Below, in pieces: positions 37,319-45,910 of a stretch of 64,000 nucleotides of DNA; within the stretch, counting starts at the first letter, position 1, and every line of letters starts with the position of its first letter. The notes under the pieces were generated by a model. It saw only the letters and a list, made by a program, of their open reading frames with translations. It searched no databases and had not been told where the DNA came from. Source of the DNA: Candidatus Omnitrophota bacterium (lineage in GTDB: Bacteria; Omnitrophota; Gorgyraeia; Zapsychrales; Zapsychraceae); NCBI GenBank assembly GCA_023247445.1, contig JAHFGL010000004.1, forward strand, positions 1,520-65,519, written 5' to 3'. Made by a program: the position numbers and the translations under genes.

Positions 37319-38455
37319 ATGCGAAAATTTTTATTGCTAAGCTATTGTTTTATTTTGGCTTCGGAATTGTTGACTAGTCGTGTTTATGCTGGCGGAAGTC
37401 TCCCACCACCATCACCATCAACCTCAACAAACGTTGCCCTTGACTTCACTGATTTTGTGGTGTTTGGTAACAACCGCGTTGTAATTGGCCGGGGCGTTGA
37501 TTTGGATGATGAAGTTATCGATCCCGATGATCCAGATGATTTGACAACAATTAACGGTGGGAATTTGGGAAGCAATAGAAATCTTTATACTTATGGCCGT
37601 ACCCAAACAGAAGGAATTTTTGCTGGGGAAGACTATCATGCTGGACGGGAAATTCAAGTTGATGGAGATATCGTTGCGAATAGTGAAGTAAGAATTTATT
37701 CAGATAGTCATATTGCTGGTGATATTGATTCCGGTGGAGATTTATATCTTGGATCACGTACGAATGTTGGAGGTGACATAACGGCCGCAGGCGACATGTT
37801 TTTGGGAACGGGAATTGTGATTGGTGGAACTCAAGCATCGGGTGGCACTCCAGATGTTTATGTCCCAGTGACACTTCCTCCACAAACGGTTTTTGGTGCA
37901 GGGGCAGTTGATGTTAGGTCGGGTTCAAATGAAACTGTTACGTTATTGCCAGGAAGCTATGATGATGTTCTTTTGGGATCATATAATGTTCTTAATCTCA
38001 CTTCTGGTAAATATTATTTAGATTCTTTTCATCTAGGAGCTTATAGTATTATTAATTTAGATTTGAGTGGAGGGAGTTTTGAGATGCATCTTGTTCGAGA
38101 TGTAAAACTCGGACGATATACAACAATGTTTTTAACGAATGGAACACCAGATCAAGTTCTTTGGGATGTAGGCACGAGTTGGCATTCTTATGGGTATGCG
38201 ACTCTTTATGGAACTGTTTTTGCTCAAAATGATATTGTGATTGGCCGGGGCAATAACATTACTGGAGCACTTTATGCCGCGGATCAGATACATATCTATG
38301 GAAATAGTGTGATTAATTTTGATTTGTATTGTGAACTTACACATGCTGGATGCGATGACCCTCCAATAACAAGCGCTGTTCCTGAGCCAGGAACGATGGC
38401 GTTGTTGGGATCTGGCTTGCTTGGGGCATTTAGATTTCGAAGAAAGAAAACGTAG
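37319..38455 (+). CDS. PEP-CTERM protein, paralog 2 (same architecture)
   Basis: C-terminus SAVPEPGTMALLGSGLLGAFRFRRKKT. Shared blocks GGSLPPP, DFTDFVVFG, DDPDDP, TLLPGSYDD, LYGTVFAQND, TGALYA. Confidence 0.8.
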   Translation: MRKFLLLSYCFILASELLTSRVYAGGSLPPPSPSTSTNVALDFTDFVVFGNNRVVIGRGVDLDDEVIDPDDPDDLTTINGGNLGSNRNLYTYGRTQTEGIFAGEDYHAGREIQVDGDIVANSEVRIYSDSHIAGDIDSGGDLYLGSRTNVGGDITAAGDMFLGTGIVIGGTQASGGTPDVYVPVTLPPQTVFGAGAVDVRSGSNETVTLLPGSYDDVLLGSYNVLNLTSGKYYLDSFHLGAYSIINLDLSGGSFEMHLVRDVKLGRYTTMFLTNGTPDQVLWDVGTSWHSYGYATLYGTVFAQNDIVIGRGNNITGALYAADQIHIYGNSVINFDLYCELTHAGCDDPPITSAVPEPGTMALLGSGLLGAFRFRRKKT

Positions 38456-38486
38456 TAGGAAAAATATTAGATTTTGGGTTTAAAAT

Positions 38487-38520
38487 AAAGCAGATTACTT
38501 AAATGTAATCTGCTTTATTG
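38487..38520 (+). terminator. rho-independent-like hairpin aaagcagattac-ttaaat-gtaatctgcttt
   Basis: 10-12 bp perfect stem. Near-identical hairpin recurs after paralog 4 (41129..41168). Confidence 0.55.
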
Positions 38521-38534
38521 GTTGTGTCCAACAG

Positions 38535-38560
38535 TGTCCTACCTTGTCATATTGACAACC
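38535..38560 (+). promoter_or_regulatory. second copy of conserved upstream motif tgtcctaccttgtcatattgacaacc (perfect palindrome TTGTCA-TAT-TGACAA over the -35 hexamer; -10-like TATCCT 17 bp downstream)
   Basis: Direct comparison with 36038..36064. Confidence 0.45.
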
Positions 38561-38729
38561 TTGTGTTCATAGTTTATCCTTTCACTAATTCATTCAAAGA
38601 GTCATAAATAAATTAGACAAATTGTTGGTGTTCTTAATCGACAATATCCGATGTTGTTATCTTGACAGTTTTTAGATAATATTTTATGCTTTGCCACATT
38701 TCAAAATTAGTATAAAGGGGCGAGAAATA

Positions 38730-39875
38730 ATGAAGAAAATTCTATCAACAATTTTTATTTTAGGTTTATCGATTTTGCTGCCAATGACAGCGCATGCCGG
38801 TGGGGGTCTCCCTACACCAAGCGCACCAGCGACGACGGATTTTACATTTAGCGATTTTGCTGTCTTTGGTGGAAATCGTGTTGTTCTTGGTCGTGGTATT
38901 GATGCCTCTGATGATGATCCAGATGATGTTACGCCTGAAGATCCAAATGATCCTATCATTGTAAACGGTGGGAATATTGGAAGTAATAACAATATTCACG
39001 TTTATGGAAGAACTGATACTGAGAGTATTGTGGGAGGCGGACGATTTGTAGGAGGGCATAGGATCGATGTCAATGGGGATGTTATTTTTAATGAAAATGT
39101 ATTGATTTATGGGAATAGTCATATTACTGGGGATGTCCAAGCTGGAGGAGATTTAACACTTGGTCGTGAGATCACCGTTGGTGGTGATGTAACGGCCGGT
39201 GGAAGCATTAATTTAGGGCCTTTTGATTCTATTGGAGGGGCAGTAACCGCAAACGGAACACCTACAGTTTTTTCCCCAGTTAGTTTGCCTCCAGAAACAG
39301 TATTTGGCCATGGAACTGTCGATGTTCGCACGGGAGATTATGCTACAACAACGCTTTTACCAGGGTCCTATGATGATCTGATTATGGGAGATCACAATGT
39401 TCTAAATTTGTCAGCAGGGAAATATTATATTGATCGTTTACGCATGCTTTCAAGTAGTATCATTAATATTGACCTTTCGGGTGGATCTTTTGAACTTTAT
39501 GTGACCAATGGTGTTTCTCTTGGTCGATATATGGATATGAATTTGATTAATGGTTCAGCTGAAGATGTTTATATTGAAACCAACAATTGGCATAGCTATT
39601 CTTATGCCACTTTATATGGCACAATTTTTGCCCATAATAGTATTGTTGTTGGACGTAAAACTCATCTCACAGGGGCTCTTTATGCAGAGAATGGTATCCA
39701 TGTTTATGGTGGATCGCGTATTGATTTTGATTTAGCCTGTCATCTTGATTCTGACCAGGAACAGTGTCAACCCCCGCCAACAACATCAGCTGTTCCTGAA
39801 CCCGCCTCGATGGCTTTACTAGGTTCTGGTTTATTAGGGGCATTTGGATTAAGAAAAAAGAAAGCTAAAGCATAA
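38730..39875 (+). CDS. PEP-CTERM protein, paralog 3
   Basis: C-terminus SAVPEPASMALLGSGLLGAFGLRKKKAKA. Internal start at MKKILST after RBS aaagggg. Confidence 0.8.
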   Translation: MKKILSTIFILGLSILLPMTAHAGGGLPTPSAPATTDFTFSDFAVFGGNRVVLGRGIDASDDDPDDVTPEDPNDPIIVNGGNIGSNNNIHVYGRTDTESIVGGGRFVGGHRIDVNGDVIFNENVLIYGNSHITGDVQAGGDLTLGREITVGGDVTAGGSINLGPFDSIGGAVTANGTPTVFSPVSLPPETVFGHGTVDVRTGDYATTTLLPGSYDDLIMGDHNVLNLSAGKYYIDRLRMLSSSIINIDLSGGSFELYVTNGVSLGRYMDMNLINGSAEDVYIETNNWHSYSYATLYGTIFAHNSIVVGRKTHLTGALYAENGIHVYGGSRIDFDLACHLDSDQEQCQPPPTTSAVPEPASMALLGSGLLGAFGLRKKKAKA

Positions 39876-39910
39876 TAAATTTAAAAATTTAGTCTTTGAT
39901 AAGTAATAAA

Positions 39911-39948
39911 AATAGTGGATTTCAAAAGAATCCACTATTTTTATTATT
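39911..39948 (+). terminator. hairpin atagtggatt-tcaaaaga-atccactat followed by a T-rich tract
   Basis: Read directly. Immediately downstream of the paralog 3 stop. Confidence 0.5.
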
Positions 39949-39979
39949 TCCTAAATTATTATTAAATAATACTAAAAAA

Positions 39980-41098
39980 ATGATGAGAAAGTTTATTGTA
40001 ATACTTTATATGGTTAGCTTTATGTTGGCTTTTCCTATTTATGCCAATGCTGGGGGAGGATTACCATCTCCAAGTTCTACTACAGATTTTACCATTAGTG
40101 ATTTTGTTGTCTTTGGTAAAAATTCCGTTGTTATTGATCAAAATGTTGATGTCACAGGCGGAACAGTTTCTACGACCAGCGGTCCATTAGTCGGCAGTAA
40201 CGGTGATGTTACTCTATGGCAAGGGGTTCAATCCCATGGTGTTGTAGGTGGGGATGATCTTGTCATTGGATCTGATGATGTTGATGTTTACGGTGATGTG
40301 GTTTTTAATGGTGATGTCCAAGTTTATCAAGACAGCCAGATCCATGGTGATGTTGATGCGGGCGGCAATGTCAATACAGGTTCAAATGATTATTTTGGTG
40401 GGGATATTACAGCTGATGGCACAATCACTCTAGGGACTCTCACAAGCGTGGTAGGAGCGGTCACACCCAATGGTAACCCAGATACTTATTCCCCGGTAGC
40501 TTTGCTCCCAGAGACAAGCTTTAGTGCGGGAACCTTGTCATCCCAAGATAGAAATATCACAGGATTTAATGCCTCGCTTAATCTTGCCCCAGGGACCTAT
40601 CGAGATGTGAGTTTTAATCGGCCTAATGCGACTTTAAACCTGACCTCAGGAACGTATTATTTACGTAATTTAACGATGCCGGTAGATAGTATTATTAACA
40701 TCAATTTAAGTGGCGGAGATTTTAAGTTGTATGTGCTTCAGGATATATCTCTTAATCACGATGTTAATATGTTTTTAGTCAATGGAACAGCAGATGATGT
40801 TTATATAGAAGTTGCTCATAATTGGTTTTCTGGTGAACGAGATACGTTTTATGGAACAGTTTTTGCCCATAACGATATTACAGTTAATGCCAGTTCCCAT
40901 GTGACAGGGGCGCTTTATAGTGAACATAATATTTTTATTGGTCGTGACTCAGTGATCAACTGTGATGTTTATAATAATGATGATGATTGCAATGGACCCG
41001 ATGTCGTCACGCCTTCAGAGGTTCCCGAACCAGCAACGATGGTGTTATTAGGATCTGGTTTACTTGGGGCGCTTGGATTTCGAAGAAAGAAAGTTTAA
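39980..41098 (+). CDS. PEP-CTERM protein, paralog 4 (more divergent N-terminal half)
   Basis: C-terminus SEVPEPATMVLLGSGLLGALGFRRKKV. Start at MMRKFIV. Confidence 0.8.
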   Translation: MMRKFIVILYMVSFMLAFPIYANAGGGLPSPSSTTDFTISDFVVFGKNSVVIDQNVDVTGGTVSTTSGPLVGSNGDVTLWQGVQSHGVVGGDDLVIGSDDVDVYGDVVFNGDVQVYQDSQIHGDVDAGGNVNTGSNDYFGGDITADGTITLGTLTSVVGAVTPNGNPDTYSPVALLPETSFSAGTLSSQDRNITGFNASLNLAPGTYRDVSFNRPNATLNLTSGTYYLRNLTMPVDSIININLSGGDFKLYVLQDISLNHDVNMFLVNGTADDVYIEVAHNWFSGERDTFYGTVFAHNDITVNASSHVTGALYSEHNIFIGRDSVINCDVYNNDDDCNGPDVVTPSEVPEPATMVLLGSGLLGALGFRRKKV

Positions 41099-41128
41099 CT
41101 AGGGAAATATTATTAGGATTTAAAAAAT

Positions 41129-41168
41129 GAAGCAGATTGCTTAAATGTAATCTGCTTTATTTTTTTTG
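41129..41168 (+). terminator. rho-independent terminator gaagcagattgc-ttaaat-gtaatctgcttt + T8
   Basis: Homologous to the hairpin after paralog 2, so the duplication included the 3' flanks. Confidence 0.6.
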
Positions 41169-41207
41169 CTTGTAACTTTTTATTTTCAAAGTAGAATAAC
41201 CCCAGTT

Positions 41208-41792
41208 ATGAGTCCTAAAAGTCTTAAGCGCTGTGTTTGGCCGGGCGATGATCTTTTATATATAGCCTATCATGATCAAGAATGGGGCGTTCCCGTTCAT
41301 GATGATCGTCTTTTCTTTGAAGCGCTCATTTTAGATGGCGCCCAAGCAGGTTTAAGTTGGATTACGATATTAAGAAAGAGAGAAAATTATCGCAAGGCCT
41401 TTGACCAGTTTGATGTCAAAAAAGTCGCGCGGTATGATTCAACAAAGATCAAAGAGTTGCTCTCAAATGAAGGAATTGTGCGCAACCGACTTAAAGTTGC
41501 ATCAGCCGTCACCAATGCCCAGGCATTCTTAAAAGTACAAAAAGAATTTGGAAGTTTTGATAAATATATTTGGCAGTTTGTTTCTTATAAATCGATTCAA
41601 AATCGTCGACGCTCTGTGAAAGATTTACCAACAAAAACTAAAGAATCTGATGCGATGAGTAAGGATTTGAAGGCGCGTGGATTTAAGTTTGTTGGATCGA
41701 CCATTTGTTATGCCTTTATGCAAGCCGTTGGAATGGTCAATGATCATACGGTTGAATGCTTTCGTCACGCACAACTTTCCAATGCATCCTAA
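41208..41792 (+). CDS. tag: DNA-3-methyladenine glycosylase I
   Basis: Tag signature YHDQEWGVP...DGAQAGLSW...GIVRNRLK. Zinc snap Cys/His at the termini. Confidence 0.85.
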   Translation: MSPKSLKRCVWPGDDLLYIAYHDQEWGVPVHDDRLFFEALILDGAQAGLSWITILRKRENYRKAFDQFDVKKVARYDSTKIKELLSNEGIVRNRLKVASAVTNAQAFLKVQKEFGSFDKYIWQFVSYKSIQNRRRSVKDLPTKTKESDAMSKDLKARGFKFVGSTICYAFMQAVGMVNDHTVECFRHAQLSNAS

Positions 41793-42102
41793 ATATAAAA
41801 GAATGCTCAAAGGCATGTTGGCCAAGGAAAAGGCCAAGAAGAAAAGTAAAGTAAAAGAAAAATGGTTTTTGTATATTTTAGAGTGTAAGGATAAAACGTT
41901 TTATACGGGTGTGACGAATAATTTAGAACGACGGCTTAAGATGCATAACAGTGGCAAAGCCTCGCGATATACTCGAACCCGTCGGCCAGTTAAGTTTATT
42001 TATCAAGAGATTTGTGGTAGCCGAACGCAGGCCTTGGTTCGCGAATGTGCGGTTAAAGCCCTGCCGCGTAAGAAAAAACAAGAGTTGATTATTAGTGCAT
42101 AG
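41782..42102 (+). CDS. GIY-YIG nuclease domain protein (UPF0213/YhbQ-like)
   Basis: WFLYILECKDKTFYTGVTNNLERRLKMHNSG. Overlaps the tag 3' end by 11 nt. An alternative start is at 41803. Confidence 0.65.
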   Translation: MHPKYKRMLKGMLAKEKAKKKSKVKEKWFLYILECKDKTFYTGVTNNLERRLKMHNSGKASRYTRTRRPVKFIYQEICGSRTQALVRECAVKALPRKKKQELIISA

Positions 42103-42114
42103 GAAGGAATAAAC

Positions 42115-42507
42115 ATGGCGACATTGTTTACTCGAATTGCTAAAGGTGAAATCCCGTGCCATAAAATTTTGGAAGATGAGAATTATCTCGCTTTTTTGGA
42201 TGTGCGGCCGATTAATCCTGGACATACGCTGGTTATTCCTAAAAAAGAAATTGATTATATTTTTGATGTAGAAGACGATCTCTTAAGCGGCCTTATGGTT
42301 TTTGCTAAAAAGACAGCCAAGATGATTAAAAAAGAAATTTCGTGTAAGAAGGTTGGGATGATGGTGGCCGGCTTAGAAGTTCCACATGTTCACATTCATT
42401 TGATTCCCATTATGGAAGTCACCGATTTAAATTTTGCTAAAGCTAAACCAACGCTTGCGGAAGAATTAGCTAAAGTCGCAGAGCAAATCAGGAAACATCA
42501 GAAATGA
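42115..42507 (+). CDS. HIT-family (histidine triad) nucleotide hydrolase
   Basis: Histidine triad HVHIHLIP. Approx 130 aa. Confidence 0.85.
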   Translation: MATLFTRIAKGEIPCHKILEDENYLAFLDVRPINPGHTLVIPKKEIDYIFDVEDDLLSGLMVFAKKTAKMIKKEISCKKVGMMVAGLEVPHVHIHLIPIMEVTDLNFAKAKPTLAEELAKVAEQIRKHQK

Positions 42508-44138
42508 TAGCCGCTAAGGGAGTAACATTACAATACGGGCAACGACGTTTGTTTGAAGACGTCAACATTGTCTTCTCGCCAGGGAATTGCTATGGCTTAA
42601 TTGGGGCCAACGGTTCTGGGAAGTCTACATTTTTAAAAATTCTTTCGGGAGAGATTGATTCAACCATGGGAGAAGTTGCCATTGATCGCGGTAAGCGGCT
42701 TTCGATGTTAAAACAGGATCAATTTGCTTTTGATGAGGTGACTGTTTTAACAACCGTGATCATGGGACACAAAGAACTTTATGATATTCTTCAGGAGAAA
42801 GATGCGATTTATGCCAAAGCTGATTTTTCTGATGCCGATGGTATCCGCGCTTCTGAACTCGAGGCCAAATTTGCCGAGATGAATGGTTGGGATGCCGAGA
42901 CCGAGGCCGCGCAGCTTTTAGGTAACGTAGGCATCAAGGAAGAATTTCATCAGATGACAATGAAGCAGCTTCAGGCTGGACAAAAGATTCGTGTTCTTTT
43001 GGCCCAAGCCTTATTTGGTACACCGGACATTCTTCTTTTAGATGAGCCTACCAACCAACTTGATGTGGATACCTGTTTATGGCTGGAAGAATTTTTGTGC
43101 GAATTTCAAAATACGGCCATTGTCGTTTCTCACGATCGACATTTTTTAGATAAAGTTTGTACCCACGTTGCTGATATTGATTTTGGAAAGATTCAGCTTT
43201 ATCCAGGAAATTATACGTTCTGGAAAAAATCAAGTGAGCTGGCGCTACGCCAACGCGGTGATAAGAATAAAAAGGTTGAAGAGAAGAGAAAAGAGCTGCA
43301 GGATTTTATTGCCCGCTTTAGCGCCAACGCTTCGAAATCTAAACAAGCGACCTCGCGAAAGAAGATTTTAGAAAAGCTAACCTTTGATGATATCAAACCG
43401 TCTTTGCGTAAATATCCTTATGTTTCATTCAAGTTCGAGAAAGACGCGGGAAATGATATTGTAAAGATTGAAAAATTGACGAAAAGTATCGATGGAAAGT
43501 TAATTTTTAAAGACCTAGATATTCATATCAACAAAGGCGATAAGATTGCGTTTGTTGGACGAAATGATATCGCTAAGACCACATTATTTCAGATTTTGAT
43601 GGGAGAGCTCACGGCTGATTCGGGAACGTTTAAATGGGGCATATCCGCTTCTCAGGCGTATTTCCCTAAAGATAATAAAAAGTTTTTTGATGTCGATTTA
43701 AACTTGATTGACTGGCTGCGCCAATTTTCGAAAGAAAAAGAAGAAAATTTTATCCGTGGATTCTTAGGGCGGATGTTATTTACTGGCGAAGAGTCGCTGA
43801 AGAAGGCCTCGGTTCTTTCTGGAGGTGAAAAGGTCCGCTGCATGCTCGCGCGGATGATGCTCGTTGGCGCTAACGTCGTTATTTTAGATGAACCCACCAA
43901 TCACCTTGACCTTGAATCCATCAGCTCGCTTAACGATGGACTGGAAGATTTCAAGGGCACAGTTTTATTTTCTTCGCATGACCACCAATTTGTTGACACC
44001 ATCGCCAACCGTATTATTGAAATCACCCCTAACGGTTTTCTCGATAAGCCGGGCATGACCTTTGATGAGTATTTGACGAGCGAAAGTGTTCGCCAACGTC
44101 GGGATGAGCTTTATCAAGAAGAACACGCGAGTTTGTAG
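42504..44138 (+). CDS. ABC-F family ATPase (two nucleotide-binding domains, no TM domain)
   Basis: NBD1 Walker A GANGSGKST. NBD2 signature LSGGEKVRCMLA and Walker B VILDEPTNHLD. Inter-domain linker. NBD2 Walker A is degenerate (GRNDIAKTT). Confidence 0.8.
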   Translation: MIAAKGVTLQYGQRRLFEDVNIVFSPGNCYGLIGANGSGKSTFLKILSGEIDSTMGEVAIDRGKRLSMLKQDQFAFDEVTVLTTVIMGHKELYDILQEKDAIYAKADFSDADGIRASELEAKFAEMNGWDAETEAAQLLGNVGIKEEFHQMTMKQLQAGQKIRVLLAQALFGTPDILLLDEPTNQLDVDTCLWLEEFLCEFQNTAIVVSHDRHFLDKVCTHVADIDFGKIQLYPGNYTFWKKSSELALRQRGDKNKKVEEKRKELQDFIARFSANASKSKQATSRKKILEKLTFDDIKPSLRKYPYVSFKFEKDAGNDIVKIEKLTKSIDGKLIFKDLDIHINKGDKIAFVGRNDIAKTTLFQILMGELTADSGTFKWGISASQAYFPKDNKKFFDVDLNLIDWLRQFSKEKEENFIRGFLGRMLFTGEESLKKASVLSGGEKVRCMLARMMLVGANVVILDEPTNHLDLESISSLNDGLEDFKGTVLFSSHDHQFVDTIANRIIEITPNGFLDKPGMTFDEYLTSESVRQRRDELYQEEHASL

Positions 44139-44187
44139 ATTTATGCCCGCTTGACAAGGCGGAGCATATAGTGTATTTTTTGAGTGT

Positions 44188-44562
44188 ATGAAAAGAGTTT
44201 ATAAAACATCAGTTCCCTTTTTGTTGGTTGCCTTCGTGGCGGCTTCTATATTATTGTGCTGCTACAAGCCAGCCTCGGCTGCGGTTAATGTCAAAGTTCC
44301 TGCCTGCCATAAAGCTCAAAAATCACAAACTCCTAGTCAAGATCATAAATGTTGTAAGAAGAACATGATGATGCAATCAGCTGTTCTTCATCAGGATTTC
44401 AAAGTATCCAATTTAAATCAACAAAGTTATGACTTCTTGGTGTTAGGATTAAGCTTAACGTCAACGTTAATCAAAGTTTCATCGCAATACCGACTCCCCA
44501 TATCTCCTCAGAAGTTTGCCTCGATCTCCATCTTCCTTAAAACACACACCCTTCGTATTTAA
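44188..44562 (+). CDS. hypothetical small secreted protein upstream of metal-efflux genes
   Basis: Signal peptide and Cys/His/Met-containing stretch VPACHKAQKSQTPSQDHKCCKKNMMMQ. May be spurious. Confidence 0.3.
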   Translation: MKRVYKTSVPFLLVAFVAASILLCCYKPASAAVNVKVPACHKAQKSQTPSQDHKCCKKNMMMQSAVLHQDFKVSNLNQQSYDFLVLGLSLTSTLIKVSSQYRLPISPQKFASISIFLKTHTLRI

Positions 44563-44634
44563 TAATTCATTCCAAAAATTTTCTAAAAAGAATAATAGAT
44601 TCTCTGTCGTTAGTTTTAATTAAAGGAGTGCGAT

Positions 44635-45909
44635 ATGAAGGGAAATAAGAATATAATTTTGGGCGTGGTCTTTTTAGTGGTTATTGTCATTGGATTTATA
44701 ATGACGAAAGAGTCGAGAGAACATAAGTTAACGCACACTGCTTCTGATGTTTATTATTGCCCCATGCATCCGCAAGTCATCAGTGATAAGCCAGGGAATT
44801 GTCCGATTTGCAGTATGAAGTTGGTTAAAAAGGAATTTTCTAAGAATTCATCTGTTCCAAAAGTTACACAGACCAAAGAGAAAAAAATTCTTTATTGGAC
44901 GGATCCGATGATTCCTGGATATAAAGCAGAAGGTCCGGGAAAGTCGCCGATGGGGATGGATTTGGTTCCTGTGTTCGAAGAGGGATCAAATAAAATAACA
45001 TCTGATAATTCTGTTCAAGGGTATTCAACGATTTCAATCGACACGCAAAAACAACAATTGATGGGCGTTCGAACCGTGCCCGTTGTGAAGAAAACATTAA
45101 CCAAAACGCTTCACGCGTATGGTTATGTGGCGCATGATTTAGAATTGTATCAGGCCCAACTTGAATACATTGAGGCCTGGCGTGTGTTTTATGCCTTTAT
45201 GTCCCGTCGACAAATTAAAGATGAATTTCGTAGTGATTGGAGACAATACTATGTTAATCAACCAGCGCATGGGCGCTGGCTTAGTAACGATAAACTTAAA
45301 GCGCAAGAAAGACTTATTAAGGCTGAGTATGAATTAAGGCATATGGGATTGACCGATACGCAGCTGGAACAGCTACGAAGAATCAAATATGGACAACCGT
45401 GGGTTCAATCCGATTTATTATTCTTTGAAAAAGATCAGCCATTCTGGATTTACGCGCAAGTTCTGGAAGTGGATTTAGGATTTATTGCCGCGGGACAAAA
45501 AGTCATCGCAACGATTCCAACGTATGGTGAAACAGTGGAAGGCATCGTGCGCAGTGTCTCGCCCGTTGTTGATCCCACGACACGCACTTCGCGCGTGCGC
45601 ATTGAACTACCAAATTACAAAGGTGAATTAAGTGTAAACATGTATGTTAACGTGGATATGCCTGTTGAATTAGATGAGGCGTTCGTGATTCCTCGTGAGG
45701 CCATTATGGATACAGGAATAAGCAAAATAGTTTTTGTACAAACCCAAGATGGCGTCTTTGAACCACGTAGTATTCAAACAGGTTTTGAAGGTGATGATAT
45801 GGTGGTTGTGAAATCTGGATTAAAAGAAGGCGAGACGATTGTATCCTCAGGCAATTTTCTTTTGGATTCAGAAAGTCGCTTAGAAGGATCACTATCAGGA
45901 GGGCAATAA
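44635..45909 (+). CDS. RND efflux periplasmic adaptor (CusB/CzcB-like) with N-terminal heavy-metal-binding motif
   Basis: N-terminal YYCPMHPQVISDKPGNCPICSMKL (HMBD-like). Membrane-fusion-protein beta-barrel and lipoyl regions. Confidence 0.75.
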   Translation: MKGNKNIILGVVFLVVIVIGFIMTKESREHKLTHTASDVYYCPMHPQVISDKPGNCPICSMKLVKKEFSKNSSVPKVTQTKEKKILYWTDPMIPGYKAEGPGKSPMGMDLVPVFEEGSNKITSDNSVQGYSTISIDTQKQQLMGVRTVPVVKKTLTKTLHAYGYVAHDLELYQAQLEYIEAWRVFYAFMSRRQIKDEFRSDWRQYYVNQPAHGRWLSNDKLKAQERLIKAEYELRHMGLTDTQLEQLRRIKYGQPWVQSDLLFFEKDQPFWIYAQVLEVDLGFIAAGQKVIATIPTYGETVEGIVRSVSPVVDPTTRTSRVRIELPNYKGELSVNMYVNVDMPVELDEAFVIPREAIMDTGISKIVFVQTQDGVFEPRSIQTGFEGDDMVVVKSGLKEGETIVSSGNFLLDSESRLEGSLSGGQ

Positions 45910-45910
45910 T

